From assembly GCA_002269645.1 (NCBI GenBank), contig NIVC01000980.1, forward strand, positions 186,001-250,000: DNA of 64,000 bases, read 5' to 3'. Source of the DNA: Macrostomum lignano. Its lineage: Eukaryota. The notes under the pieces were generated by a model. The model had not been told where the DNA came from. It searched no databases and saw only the letters and a list, made by a program, of their open reading frames with translations. A program made the translations under genes and the position numbers. Below, piece after piece: positions 37,501 through 49,614 of the stretch. Within the stretch, counting starts at the first letter, position 1. Each line of letters opens with the position of its first letter.

Positions 37501-40432
37501 GCAAGCCAAAGGGTGAGTGCTTTGGTCTACACGGGATGAGAAAGTTGCGTGACAGATTCGACCTTATTTTCTTATCTTCAAAGTTTCTCTAACAAGCAGA
37601 GTAATTACTGAGCAATGAGCTGCAGTCTGACTCAAAGGAAAATAAGATGATTGTCTAATTAATCATTTTTGCTGTTTTTGCGTGACTGACGCTTGTTTTA
37701 TGGCTCCGGTAGTTACGACAAAAAATCATGAGAATTAGAATTATCCGATCAAAATTATCCTTTCGTGCGCTTATTTTCTTTTAGTTGCTGCTGTCCGCCT
37801 GTTTTTCTTCCTTTGTTCACTACTCAACTGATCTCTTTTAGCTGTCAGTCTGTAATCACTGCGAGTCTCACTGAATCGCTGATTGATAAGCCACTTATCT
37901 TTAGTCACGAGTCCTTTGTTGTCAGTCCTCGGTTTTTATTTTTTGTCAAGACGGCCAAAAGCAGCGGCTTTCAGGGTGGTTCTCAAAAAATGATAAAATA
38001 CTCTCTCAACCCCCGGACATTCCCTTCATTCCTCTCGTCAGTTTCTATTTATAGAATCTCTCCAACGCACGGCCATTCTGGGATTCACTTCATTCCTCTC
38101 GTCAGTTTCTATTGATAGAATATCAACAAACGCACGGCCATTCTGGGATTCCCTTTATTCCTCTCGTCAGTTTTCTATTTATAGAATCTCTCAAACGCAC
38201 GGGCCATTCTGGGATTCACTTCATTCCTCTCGTCAGTTTCTATTGATAGAATATCAACAAACGCACGGCCATTCTGGGATTCCCTTCATTCCTCTCGTCA
38301 GTTTTCTATTTATAGAATCTCTCAAACGCACGGGCCATTCTGGGATTCACTTCATTCCTCTCGTCAGTTTCTATTGATAGAATATCAACAAACGCACGGC
38401 CATTCTGGGATTCCCTTCATTCCTCTCGTCAGTTTCTATTGATAGAATATCAACAAACGCACGGCCATTCTGGGATTCCCTTCATTCCTCTCGTCAGTTT
38501 CTATTGATAGAATATCAACAAACGCACGGCCATTCTGGGATTCCCTTCATTCCTCTCGTCAGTTTTCTATTTATAGAATCTCTCAAACGCACGGGCCATT
38601 CTGGGATTCACTTCATTCCTCTCGTCAGTTTCTATTGATAGAATATCAACAAACGCACGGCCATTCTGGGATTCCCTTCATTCCTCTCGTCAGTTTTCTA
38701 TTTATAGAATCTCTCAAACGCACGGGCCATTCTGGGATTCACTTCATTCCTCTCGTCAGTTTCTATTGATAGAATATCAACAAACGCACGGCCATTCTGG
38801 GATTCCCTTCATTCCTCTCGTCAGTTTCTATTGATAGAATATCAACAAACGCACGGCCATTCTGGGATTCCCTTCATTCCTCTCGTCAGTTTCTATTGAT
38901 AGAATATCAACAAACGCACGGCCATTCTGGGATTCCCTTCATTCCTCTCGTCAGTTTCTATTGATAGAATATCAACAAACGCACGGCCATTCTGGGATTC
39001 CCTTCATTCCTCTCGTCAGTTTCTATTGATAGAATATCAACAAACGCACGGCCATTCTGGGATTCCCTTCATTCCTCTCGTCAGTTTCTATTGATAGAAT
39101 ATCAACAAACGCACGGCCATTCTGGGATTCCCTTCATTCCTCTCGTCAGTTTTCTATTTATAGAATCTCTCAAACGCACGGGCCATTCTGGGATTCACTT
39201 CATTCCTCTCGTCAGTTTCTATTGATAGAATAACAACAAACGCACGGCCATTCTGGGATTCCCTTCATTCCTCTCGTCAGTTTTCTATTTATAGAATCTC
39301 TCAAACGCACGGGCCATTCTGGGATTCACTTCATTCCTCTCGTCAGTTTCTATTGATAGAATATCAACAAACGCACGGCCATTCTGGGATTCCCTTCATT
39401 CCTCTCGTCAGTTTCTATTGATAGAATATCAACAAACGCACGGCCATTCTGGGATTCCCTTCATTCCTCTCGTCAGTTTCTATTGATAGAATATCAACAA
39501 ACGCACGGCCATTCTGGGATTCCCTTCATTCCTCTCGTCAGTTTCTATTGATAGAATATCAACAAACGCACGGCCATTCTGGGATTCCCTTCATTCCTCT
39601 CGTCAGTTTCTATTGATAGAAATCAACAAACGCACGGCCATTCTGGGATTCCCTTCATTCCTCCCGTCAGTTTTCTATTTATAGAATCTCTCAAACGCAC
39701 GGCCATTCTGGGATTCCCTTCATTCCTCCCGTCAGTTTTCTATTTATAGAATCTCTCAAACGCACGGGCCATTCTGGGATTCACTTCATTCCTCCCGTCA
39801 GTTTTTTATTTATAGAATCTCTCAAACGCACGGGCCATTCTGGGATTCACTTCATTCCGCCTGTCTGTTACTATTTATAGGCCAGAAGCCCGGCCGCACC
39901 GGCAGTGTGGCCAGTCGTATCAAGCGCGTCTTCAGCGGCAGAAGCAAGCGCCACCCAGCCGCTGAGTCGTCTTCGACAGTTTTAGACCAGGATGTGCTCA
40001 GTGCACCCAACGCCCTCCGTCTTGGCAATGGCGGACCGTCGGGCCCCAACGGAGACGGCACCGGTCCTCCTCATCAGGCCTCGCCACTGGGGCCACCAGA
40101 GCTGAGCAAAAGCCGGGCGCGCGGATTGAGCGCCAGTTTTCGGCGCTTATTCTCTGGTGCCAAACGGAAAAACCGTCGGACCTCCGAATCTGCTGGTGAG
40201 GAATAGAAAACACATGGGGTGGCGGGCACCCTCACTGAAGGATCTGAGTTCAGTTGCCCATGCATCTACCTCCTCACTAAGCTGGCTCAAACTTCTCTCC
40301 GCAGACTCTGAGCAGCAGACGCGCCAGCAGAAGCAGGCCATGCCAGCGGCCCCGCCGCCGACTTTCTATTCGTTGCAGAAGCCGGGCAAGCCGCCCCGGA
40401 TTCGGCCGTGGGACAGCGACGAAATTCTTTGA
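22560..40432 (+). CDS. C2CD2L: C2CD2/C2CD2L (TMEM24)-like ER-anchored SMP + C2 domain lipid-transfer protein
   Basis: Exons: 22560-22751 (TM, DIIFLGWCAFGLAVVLL), ~24704-25002 (GETCRWLN..NAWLRALNQA, cf. RAWVRALNEQA), 26558-26647 (AIVFEELLVGSLPPKI), 26961-27068 (LRVQAEELRMKI), 29143-29595, 30226-30306, 31931-32205 (C2: RLLVKVVKA..IVELDKPQQRHET..NPYWDQHF), 32658-33115 (ELLGAAALPL..ITLELLF), 33755-33853, 34377-34478, 34635-34693, 37479-37512, 39881-40195 (polybasic RIKRVFSGRSKR, SFRRLFSGAKRK), 40305-40432 (stop). Phases agree from exon 2 onward; the exon 1-2 junction is unresolved. Confidence 0.85.
22980..24685. repeat. Compound minisatellite: 20-bp (GATTCATGAGACACTCAGAT) and 33-bp (GATTCATGAGACACTCTTACAGAGGACACTGAG) units, intronic
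   Basis: Fills most of C2CD2-like intron 1. Confidence 0.95.
25085..25715. repeat. ~46-bp minisatellite (CTGACAAGTGTCGTCCCTTACACCCTGTCCCTGACATCCCTGACAT), intronic
   Basis: Directly visible. Confidence 0.95.
26165..26365. repeat. Degenerate 20-bp minisatellite (CTGACCCCTCTTAGAGTTGT)
   Basis: Directly visible. Confidence 0.8.
28240..29010. repeat. 45/52-bp minisatellite (ACACAGAGGCCTGTGTACTTATCATCAGTGTGCGCACATGCTCCA), intronic
   Basis: Directly visible; contains short palindromes. Confidence 0.95.
29800..30130. repeat. 66-bp tandem repeat, ~5 copies, containing AGCCAATCAG
   Basis: TTAGACAG recurs at 29941, 30007, 30073. Confidence 0.9.
30775..31820. repeat. 37-bp minisatellite (GCGTGTGCGTACATTGAGGGATAGACTTCGTTTTGGA), intronic
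   Basis: About 28 highly homogeneous copies. Confidence 0.95.
32235..32550. repeat. 9-bp repeat (TGCTGTAGR), intronic
   Basis: Inside the intron splitting the C2 domain. Confidence 0.95.
34815..35925. repeat. G-rich ~37-bp minisatellite (GAGGGGTCTGAGGGGAGGGGTGGAGACGACACAGT), intronic
   Basis: Directly visible; multiple G3-G6 runs. Confidence 0.95.
36700..37016 (-). mobile_element. tRNA-derived SINE with CORE-like central domain
   Basis: Minus strand: A-box AGCCTAGTGGTTGGAGCG, B-box GGTTCGATTCC, then GTGTCCTTGAGCAAGACATTTAA..CTTCAGTTCACCCACCTGTAAAATGGG (resembles MIR/CORE GTGACCTTGGGCAAGT..CTCAGTTTCCTCATCTGTAAAATGGG), ending in a (TTA)n-like tail. Confidence 0.75.
38020..39855. repeat. 65/67-bp satellite-like array with two interleaved unit variants, intronic
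   Basis: Unit GGGATTCCCTTCATTCCTCTCGTCAGTTTCTATTGATAGAATATCAACAAACGCACGGCCATTCT; about 28 copies. Confidence 0.95.
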
Positions 40433-40614
40433 CAATTGGCCGGAAAACAATGTTTATGGCACTGACTGGCCTGTTAATTATTGTTTTAGTACGCGCGTTT
40501 TTTAATTATTTCTTTTTTTTGCCCTGTTGCACTCGAGTACTTCTGCTTTCGATAATTTCGTCTGCTTGTTCGCGCATAGCATTTTCTGAGCTGCCGGTGG
40601 GCCCAGCGCTTGAG

Positions 40615-41925
40615 TCCCAACGGCCCTTTTAGAGAGGCCGCCGCTGCCCCACCCCAGTCCCTTGATGGCCCTTTTAGAGAGGCTGCCGCTGCTCCACCCC
40701 AGTCCCTTTATGGCCCTTTTAAAGAGGCCGCCGCTGCCCCACCCCAGTCACCCCAGTCCCTTTATGGCCCTTTTAGAGAGGCTGCCGCTGCCCCACCCCA
40801 GTCCCTTTATGGCCCTTTTAGAGAGGCTGCCGCTGCTCCACCCCAGTCCCTTTATGGCCCTTTTAAAGAGGCCGCCGCTGCCCCACCCCAGTCACCCCAG
40901 TCCCTTTATGGCCCTTTTAGAGAGGCTGCCGCTGCCCCACCCCAGTCCCTTTAAGGCCCTTTTAGAGAGGCTGCCGCTGCCCCACCCCAGTCCCTTTATG
41001 GCCCTTTTAAAGAGGCCGCCGCTGCCCCACCCCAGTCACCCCAGTCCCTTTATGGCCCTTTTAGAGAGGCTGCCGCTGCTCCACCCCAGTCCCTTTAAGG
41101 CCCTTTTAGAGAGGCTGCCGCTGCCCCACCCCAGTCCCTTTATGGCCCTTTTAGAGAGGCTGCCGCTGCCCCAACCCAGTCCCTTTATGGCCCTTTTAAA
41201 GAGGCCGCCGCTGCCCCACCCCAGTCACCCCAGTCCCTTTATGGCCCTTTTAGAGAGGCTGCCGCTGCCCCACCCCAGTCCCTTTATGGCCCTTTTAGAG
41301 AGGCCGCCGCTGCCCCACCCCAGTCTCTTTATGGCCTTTTTAGAGAGGCTGCCGCTGCCCCACCCCAGTCTCTTTATGGCCTTTTTAGAGAGGCTGCCGC
41401 TGCTCCACCCCAGTCCCTTTAAGGCCCTTTTAGAGAGGCTGCCGCTGCTCTACCCCAGTCCCTTTATGGCCCTTTTAAAGAGGCCGCCGCTGCCCCACCC
41501 CAGTCACCCCAGTCCCTTTATGGCCCTTTTAGAGAGGCTGCCGCTGCCCCACCCCAGTCCCTTTATGGCCCTTTTAGAGAGGCCGCCGCTGCCCCACCCC
41601 AGTCTCTTTATGGCCTTTTTAGAGAGGCTGCCGCTGCCCCACCCCAGTCCATTTATGGCCCTTTTAAAGAGGCCGCCGCTGCCCCACCCCAGTCACCCCA
41701 GTCCCTTTATGGCCCTTTTAGAGAGGCTGCCGCTGCCCCACCCCAGTCCCTTTATGGCCCTTTTAGAGAGGCCGCCGCTGCCCCACCCCAGTCCCTTTAA
41801 GGCCCTTTTAGAGAGGCCGCCGCTGCCCTACCCCAGTCCCTTTATGGCCCTTTTAGAGAGGCCGCCGCTGCCCCACCCCAGTCTTTTTATTGCCCTTTTA
41901 GAGAGGCCGCCGCTGCCCCACCCCA
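40615..41925. repeat. 45/54-bp minisatellite (CCCTTTATGGCCCTTTTAGAGAGGCTGCCGCTGCCCCACCCCAGT)
   Basis: Directly visible, just 3' of the C2CD2-like stop. Confidence 0.95.
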
Positions 41926-42409
41926 GTTGCAATGATCGTCTTTGGGGGCGGCCAGAAAACAAAGAGCTTTTTATTCCTATAAAAATTTCGAATATTTTCG
42001 CTTTTGAAATTCAACTTACGGTTGGATTTTGTAGCCGCTCAACTCAGAAGTACATGAACTAAATGCGCTTTTTTGGCTTTAAAATGTTTTCGCATTTTTC
42101 ACAATTGCCTCTGAAATGCCTGCATAGTGGGATGATGAGGCCCAGCCTCCCTATACCCATGGATTTCTGTTGCCATTGCATTATTTTATTTTAGTTTTTC
42201 GACTAAACTTTTGTGTCTACTTTCTATATTTCGTTTAAAGCCAAGAAATTGTAATCACGCCTCACCGATAGCCCGTTTGACATTCCAACAAATTTCTGTC
42301 AAATACTGTATGATGTCAAATACTCGTAGCTCGTATTGTGATTTATTGCTGACTTGCTAACGCTTAAAACTATAATATGACCACATTAAAAATGATCCGA
42401 TGATCCTAA

Positions 42410-43450
42410 CTATGACAGAATGATCCCAATTATGACTGACAGAATGATCCCAATTATGACTGACATAATGATCCCAATTATGACTGACAGAATGATCCCA
42501 ATTATGACTGACAGAGTGATCCCAATTATGAGTGACAGAGTGATCCCAATTATGACTGACAGAGTGATCCCAATTATGACTGACAGAATGATCCCAAGTA
42601 TGACTTATGACTGAGAATGATCTGATCAATTATGACTGACAGAGATGATGACCCAATTATGACTGACAGAATGATCCCAATTATGACTGACAGAATGATC
42701 CCAATTATGACTGACAGAATGATCCCAATTATGACTGACAGAATGATCGCAATTATGACTGACAGAATGATCCCAATTATGACTGACAGAATGATCCCAA
42801 TTATGACTGACAGAATGACCCCAATTATGACTGACAGAATGATCGCAATTATGACTGACAGAATGATCCCAATTATGACTGACAGAATGATCGCAATTAT
42901 GACTGACAGAATGATCCCAATTATGACTGACAGAATGATCCCAATTATGACTGACAGAATGATCCCAATTATGACTGACAGAATGATCCCAATTATGACT
43001 GACAGAATGATCCCAATTATGACTGACAGAATGATCCCAATTATGACTGACAGAATGATCCCAATTATGAGTGACAGAATGATCCCAATTATGACTGACA
43101 GAATGATCCCAATTATGACTCACAGAATGATCCCAATTATGACTGACAGAATGATCCCAATTATGACTGACAGAATGATCCCAATTATGAGTGACAGAAT
43201 GATCCCAATTATGACTGACAGAATGATCCCAATTATGACTGACAGAATGATCCCAATTATGAGTGACAGAATGATCCCAATTATGACTGACAGAATGATC
43301 CCAATTATGACTCACAGAATGATCCCAATTATGACTGACAGAATGATCCCAATTATGAGTGACAGAATGATCCCAATTATGACTGACAGAATGATCCCAA
43401 TTATGAGTGACAGAATGATCCCAATTATGAGTGACAGAATGACCCCAATT
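42410..43450. repeat. 24-bp minisatellite (GACAGAATGATCCCAATTATGACT)
   Basis: About 43 copies. Confidence 0.95.
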
Positions 43451-44109
43451 ATGAATACTACGACCTCACAAATTGCTTGTCAAACTCCAATAGTTTAGCT
43501 AAAAAATATCAATGCTGATTCCATTCTTCCATCTTTTTGTGATCTTAGATTCCTTCACTTTGAAATCGGCTGTTTGGATAATGTCATTTTTCATTTTTCT
43601 CATATTTATTTTTTTATAAATTAATTTCCTACATTTTGTACGCTTTGCACAGTTGAAGCTAGTATGTGTCTAGTTTGTAAGCGTATCATTTAGCGAATCA
43701 ATTCTAGTACCTGTTCTTACCTAAATTAGTTCATAGAAGTTTAAAAAGTTTTGCGCGTGAATTGATTTTTCCAGTTTAACGATAGGTCCAACCGACATTG
43801 CTGCCGCACTTGTAAACGGATATCTTACGATATCTTACGAAGTAAATTAATAAATTTCGCTAATTTGTTTTCAACAAGTATCTTAAAGCACTTTGCTTTG
43901 AAGTACCAAGAAACTACCATTCTTGAAAGTTCATTGTTGAAAAGTATTTATAGCCATTGTCCTTTTCTGTAGCCATGATGTGCTGAAATGTAACAATGGG
44001 AATGGAACTAGCCAGTACGGTATAACCGAAAACGAAGGGCAGACAGGGAAATGAAAGCGAAGGGAAAGAGATGAAAACGATTGGGGGAAATGATAAAGAG
44101 GAAAGGAAT

Positions 44110-44700
44110 TAAAGGGAGGGAAGTAAATGGAAATGAAGGGTAGGGAGGGAAATGAAGGGTATGGAGGGAAATGAAGGGTATGGAGGGAAATAAAGGGTAG
44201 GGAGGGAAATGAAGGGTAGGGAGGGAAATGAAGGGCAGGGAGGGAAATGAAGGGTATGGAGGGAAATGAAGGGCAGGGAGGGAAATGAAGGGTAGGGAGG
44301 GAAATGAAGGGTAGGGAGGGAAATGAAGGATAGGGAGGGAAATGAAGGGTAGGGAGGGAAATGAAGGGTATGGAGGGAACTGAAGGGCAGGGAGGGAAAT
44401 GAAGGGTATGGAGGGGAATGAAGGGTATGGAGGGAAATAAAGGGTAGGGAGGGAAATGAAGGGTAGGGAGGGAAATGAAGGGTAGGGAGGGAAATGAAGG
44501 ATAGGGAGGGAAATGAAGGGTAGGGAGGGAAATGAAGGGTTAGGGAGGGAAATGAAGGATAGGGAGGGAAATGAAGGGTAGGGAGGGAAATGAAAAGTAT
44601 GGAGGGAAATAAAGGGTAGGGAGGGAAATGAAAAGTATGGAGGGAAATAAAGGGTAGGGAGGGAAATGGAGGGAAATGAAGGGTAGGGAGGGAAATGAAG
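44110..44700. repeat. 19-bp purine-rich minisatellite (AAATGAAGGGTAGGGAGGG)
   Basis: Directly visible. Confidence 0.95.
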
Positions 44701-45749
44701 AAGATTGAGGGAAATGCAGGACAGGAAAGGAAAGGACGAAAAGAAAAGGAACTGATCGATAGAGAAGGGCGGAAATGAAGATGATTATCTAATTCTGTAC
44801 ACAGATGAAGCTGGGCAAAGTGTGAGCACGGAAGCTGGAAGCAGTTAATCTGTAAATGTTTAGAGCTCCCCGATTTCGCCGCCCATTTCTGGACAGAGCT
44901 GAGCTCAGGAGCACGGCGTGACCCTGCAGCCGCTTGGCAACCAGGGGAGAGGAGGGGATGTGGTTGGTGTAATTGCTTTGCCAATTTCATTCAGTGCTCC
45001 CCCCCCCCTGCCCCGGGGCAGGAATTTCAGGCAGTGTGTAGTCCAGCGGTGATTCATCGGATGCGCGTCATTAATTATTAATTAGCCACTCGGCAGGCTG
45101 AAGACTGACGGCCAGAGATAATGGGGAGGTAGGGGACGCAATTTAATGAAGGTAGCTAGGTGGATTTCTTTTTAGACGCTTAAATTGTCTCGGATAAGCA
45201 GCGGGTCCGGCGGACACAAATCCGCCCCTTGGTCAAGACTGCACACCCCAGCAGGATGTCCAGCTTTTCTTTGTAAATTTGCCACTTTATAAGACGCGCA
45301 AGCAGACTAATTGTCTCTCTTGAAACATGTTTTTCGCCTCAAAGGACCGCCCCATCCTTGGCGGTCTTTTGACAGCTGTCACGCGCTCGGGTCTGGCAAA
45401 GAAACTCGCTCCCTGTTGAGCACTGTATAAATAGCTAAGGCGCTGCCATGGAGACAATTCCTGGGATCCAGCAATCCGCAGCAAGAGCCAGGAGGTCTGC
45501 TGAGCTGAAGCCGCCTTGACACATTTCGACTGTTGTTGAACTGCGCCCAGGAAAGCCGTTAAATTCCGAGCTGGCTTTTTGATTGAACCGAATCTGTAGC
45601 GGCTAAACTCGAAATTTTCGAACTTGTGCGTAATTTCAACAACAATCGAACGGCTTAACTATCAACTGTTGCTGACATTCGGCTACTCTGTGTTGCACAG
45701 GTGAGTCACGGGTAAGTGGTGCGTCATCCCCAGCTTCTGTTCTTGGGTC

Positions 45750-45980
45750 ATGTGGGTTGCGTCACCCAGGGTTAAACCGGACAATGACCCATCAAGACTG
45801 GTCATAGGGTTGCGTCACCCAGGGTTAAACCGGACAATGACCCATCAAGACTGGTCATAGGGTTGCGTCACCCAGGGTTAAACCGGACAATGACCCATCA
45901 AGACTGGTCATAGGGTTGCGTGACCATGGTTAAACCGGACAATGACCCATCAAGACTGGTCATAGGGTTGCGTGACCCAG
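45750..45980. repeat. 53-bp tandem repeat, ~4.3 copies
   Basis: GGGTTGCGTCACCCAGGGTTAAACCGGACAATGACCCATCAAGACTGGTCATA. Confidence 0.9.
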
Positions 45981-46304
45981 TATGGCAATGATTCCGGTGC
46001 AATACGTTCAAGAATTGCATTCGCCATCTGTCTACACAGGCAGTTCTCTGTTTGTTTTTTGTGCTCTTTATAACTCTGACAAATGAAGTTTAATTGTCCG
46101 GTGTATTTTCGTAATAAATAATTAGATAGATTTTATGTGGGTGCTAAACAGGGCTTAGATGTGCAAAATACACGAAGTTCAAGCGGTGTGCGTGGATCTT
46201 AGATATCGGTAGTCGACTATCAGCTGTACTGCCAGCACAACAGAATACTCTATATTTTTGAGAAAGCATACCAAGAATTTGTTTTTGAATAGAATAAGAA
46301 CTTA

Positions 46305-46620
46305 AGGGAATGAGGACCTAGTGAATGAGGACCTAGTGAATGAGGACCTAGTGAATGAGGACCTAGTGAATGAGGACCTAGTGAATGAGGACCTAGTGAA
46401 TGAAGACCTAGTGAATGAGGACCTAGTGAATGAGGACCTAGTGAATGAGGACCTAGTGAATGAGGACCTAGTGAATAAGGACCAAGTGAATGAGTACCAA
46501 GTGAATGAGTACCAAGTGAATGAGTACCTGGGGAGTGAGGACCTAGGGAGTGAGGACCTAGACATTGAGGACCTAGGGAAAGGGACCTAGGACCTGGACC
46601 TGGACAATGAAGACCTAGGG
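46305..46620. repeat. 15-bp minisatellite (GTGAATGAGGACCTA)
   Basis: Directly visible, degenerating at the 3' side. Confidence 0.95.
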
Positions 46621-47199
46621 AATTTTATTTAACAATCTAGTCACTAACTCACCTAATAAAGTATTACTTCTTTTGCAAGACAACAGCAACACTAACCCAC
46701 TGGACTACGAGAAAATTATTAATCCGAGAAAAACTGAAATTTTTGACAGACAAACAACAAAGAAGTTAATCAATATGAATAAAAAATTGCTCGTCAATAG
46801 CAGACTTCGGCTTCGATCGCGGTAACTTCTTTTCTTTATCTGTAAATTGATGTTAACAAAATACTGCTCACGATTATTTAATTGCCGTACAATAAAGTTT
46901 ATAACAATAATTAATTACACTCTCCCTCTTAATTTCACACCTAGGGTGTTACTTGGCTAAGAGCTATAGGGGAGACTTAGCCTGAATGTTCCAGAAGGTG
47001 ACATTTATGGTCGAATATTGTAACCAAGAGCTACACAAATGAGAACTCTGCTCTCCTTTAGCCAATGCAGCCTTCACGAAAATGCAGCTTCCGCTTGTAG
47101 GAACGCAACTTGTCTCTAATTAGTTGCCTGTTGCACCTGCTTCTTGGCTATTCTTCACACGTTACTTGTTTCCAACCTACCTTTTTAACCAAGTACCGA

Positions 47200-47760
47200 T
47201 CTGTTACCTGGCTCTAGTCCACCCGTTACCTGTATCTAGTCTACCTGTTACCTGGCTCTAGTCCACCCGATACCTGTATCTAGTCTACCTGTTACCTGGC
47301 TCTAGTCCACCCGATACCTGGCTCTAGTCTACCTGTTACCTGGCTCTAGTCCACCCGATACCTGGCTCTAGTCTACCTGTTACCTGGCTCTAGTCCACCC
47401 GATACCTGGCTCTAGTCCACCCGATACCTGTATCTAGTCTACTTGCCTCTAGTCTACCTGTTACCTGGCTCTAGTCCACCTGTTACCTGGCTCTAATTCA
47501 CCTGATACCTGGCTTAAGTCTACCCCTTACCTGGCTCTAATTCACCTGATACCTGGCTTAAGTCTACCCCTTACCTGGCTCTAATTCACCTGTTACCTGG
47601 CTCAAGTCTACCCCTTACCTGGCTCTAATTCACCTGTTACCTGGCTCTAGTCTACCTGTTGCCTGGCTCAAGTCTACCTGTTACCTGGCTCATGTTTACC
47701 TGTTGCCTGGCTCAAGTCTACCTGTTACCTGGCTCTAGTCCACTCGTTACGTGGCTCAAG
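47200..47760. repeat. ~22-bp minisatellite (GTTACCTGGCTCTAGTCTACCT)
   Basis: Directly visible. Confidence 0.9.
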
Positions 47761-47863
47761 TCCACCCGTTTTTTTCCTAGAAAGCACCGAAATACCGGAC
47801 CTCCTACCCAGCCGATACTCACATTTCGAATCTCAAAGTTCTTTTCCGCCAGCAATTTACTCT

Positions 47864-48105
47864 TCACAGAAGAGGCCAATTTCTGCTCAAGTCTTCCTCG
47901 TGCTGGATGCGGCCACCCGGTTGGACCCGACGACGGCGACAGAGTCCGGCCTCGGACAGGTGAGCCGGGTTGTTCAGGCGCAGCAGAGCGCAAAACTCTT
48001 TGCGGAATAGGCTAGGGCCCAGGAGATGAACAGGCTTCACCATGGAGTTGAACATCTGCGGCAGGCGCATGAAGTTGCCGTCATCGAGAGCGAACTCGTC
48101 GTGGG
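47864..48105 (-). pseudogene. Tandem second copy of the GPCR 3' end (TM7 to C-terminus)
   Basis: Near-identical to 48160-48370 with small indels; ends QHEEDLSRNWPLL*. Confidence 0.8.
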
Positions 48106-49140
48106 TCAGTTCCTAGGCCAGGACCTAGATGAGCCGATACTCGAAGAGGCCACTGAAGTGTGCTGGATGCGGCCACCCGGTTGGACCCGACGACGGCGAC
48201 AGAGTCCGGCCTCGGACAGGTGAGCCGGGTTGTTCAGGCGCAGCAGAGCGCAAAACTCCTTGCGGAATAGGCTAGACCGGCCCAGGTAGATGAACAGGTT
48301 CACCATGGAGTTGAACATCTGCGGCAGGCGCATGAAGTTGCCGTATCGAGAGCGAACTTCTCTGGGCAGTTCGGCCAGGTAGAAATAGCCGATACGCGAG
48401 GCCACCTGAGTGATCACTAGCAGGCCGGCGATGATGATGATGGTCACTGCGCTCTCTTGCAGCTCGCGCGAGCTCGAGCCGGCCTGACTGTTGAGCTTCA
48501 ACAGGTGGACCACTCGGTAGAGACAGACCAGGCTCAGGATGAGCGCCAGGCTGCAGTACACAATGGTGGAGGCCAGCAGCCACAGGTTGTAGGTGTTGCC
48601 GTAGACTCCGGAGTTCGTGCACATCGGCGTCAGATCGTCTGGATTGTCGATTGACAGCGCCAGGGCGACTGCATCGGCGGCGGTGTACAACCAGGCGGAC
48701 AGGACGACCAGGACCGTGCAGCGCCTGGACTGCCGGGTGTAGCGCTGCGGCCAGATGAGGGCGGCGCTCCTGTCGCAGCAGAGCACCAGGGTGAAGACGG
48801 TCGAACCTACCAGGCCGAAAGTCATCGGCACAACGTCGGTGAGGCACTGCCGCTGCGTCCGTAGGTTGCCCTCGCCGCCGTAGTAGTCGTACAGCCGGCG
48901 GGCGGTGACGTACATGTAAGCTCCTCCGATCCAGGCGTCCGCAATCGCCAGGTTGGCCATCAGCATGTAGTAGGTTCGGCGGCGCAGCGAGCGCGATGCG
49001 AAACAGTTCAGCACCACCAGCAGGTTGCAGATGGCGCAGCCTGCGGCGGTGAAAAACTGCGAATAGCTGGCCGGCAGGTTCCAGTCGTACAGTTGAATAC
49101 TTTCAAGCCGGAGCTCGTCAAGAAGATCCGTGATGTTCAT
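48106..49140 (-). CDS. Intronless class A (rhodopsin-like) orphan 7TM GPCR
   Basis: Seven hydrophobic segments; TM1 CNLLVV, TM2 MANLAIAD, TM3 Cys and CDRS (DRY variant) followed by WPQRY, TM4 SAW, TM7 NSMVNLFIY (NPxxY variant), helix 8 FRKEF; MNIT N-glycosylation sequon at the likely start (49140). C-terminus is uncertain because of the adjacent duplication. Confidence 0.85.
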   Translation of the reverse strand: MNITDLLDELRLESIQLYDWNLPASYSQFFTAAGCAICNLLVVLNCFASRSLRRRTYYMLMANLAIADAWIGGAYMYVTARRLYDYYGGEGNLRTQRQCLTDVVPMTFGLVGSTVFTLVLCCDRSAALIWPQRYTRQSRRCTVLVVLSAWLYTAADAVALALSIDNPDDLTPMCTNSGVYGNTYNLWLLASTIVYCSLALILSLVCLYRVVHLLKLNSQAGSSSRELQESAVTIIIIAGLLVITQVASRIGYFYLAELPREVRSRYGNFMRLPQMFNSMVNLFIYLGRSSLFRKEFCALLRLNNPAHLSEAGLCRRRRVQPGGRIQHTSVASSSIGSSRSWPRN

Positions 49141-49614
49141 CTTTTCCTGTTGCTTACTGGTTAACCTTGATTGACCGCTGGATGTGCTCCGGCTGTTCCG
49201 GGTGTTGCGCGAAGAATCCAAGACAATGTCTAGCTTAAATATATGACCACCTGCCCAATGGCGGGGTAGCAGGAAAGAGAGGAAATGTTGATGAAGGAAA
49301 TGTGAAATTTGCTTTTCCGTGCTGTGCCGAGCTGTGCGTCAGCTCTTTACTTCATCCAAGCGTTTGTAACCCAACAGGGCTCATCCCTTCGAGCAGGTGG
49401 TGACGCGTTATTATCAGTTGATTAAAGGAGCACAGGAAGGAAGGCAGAGGAAGCCAAACACAGAAATCAAGGCAATTACCGGCTGCGGATTGAGACCGCT
49501 TTTGGTAAACTGGTGAGCATCGCATTGAAGCTTCTCAAAGAACGCCGAGTTTGCAGCTGAGGCTCAGTTCTGTTCAATTTAATAATTTTTAAATAACATC
49601 TACCGGGTAAAACC

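Noticed and set aside
38020-39855. Regularly spaced repeats resembling a CRISPR array (also 30775-31820, 25085-25715, 28240-29010)
   Set aside because: Units abut directly with no unique spacers, no cas genes are present, and the context is spliceosomal introns
40662-42062. 466-aa ORF and similar long ORFs (2145-2874, 9341-10060, 18867-20464, 30655-31852, 34631-36007, 42626-43498, 44109-44990, 49476-50409, 61242-62223)
   Set aside because: All are translations of tandem or low-complexity repeats, open in several frames or both strands
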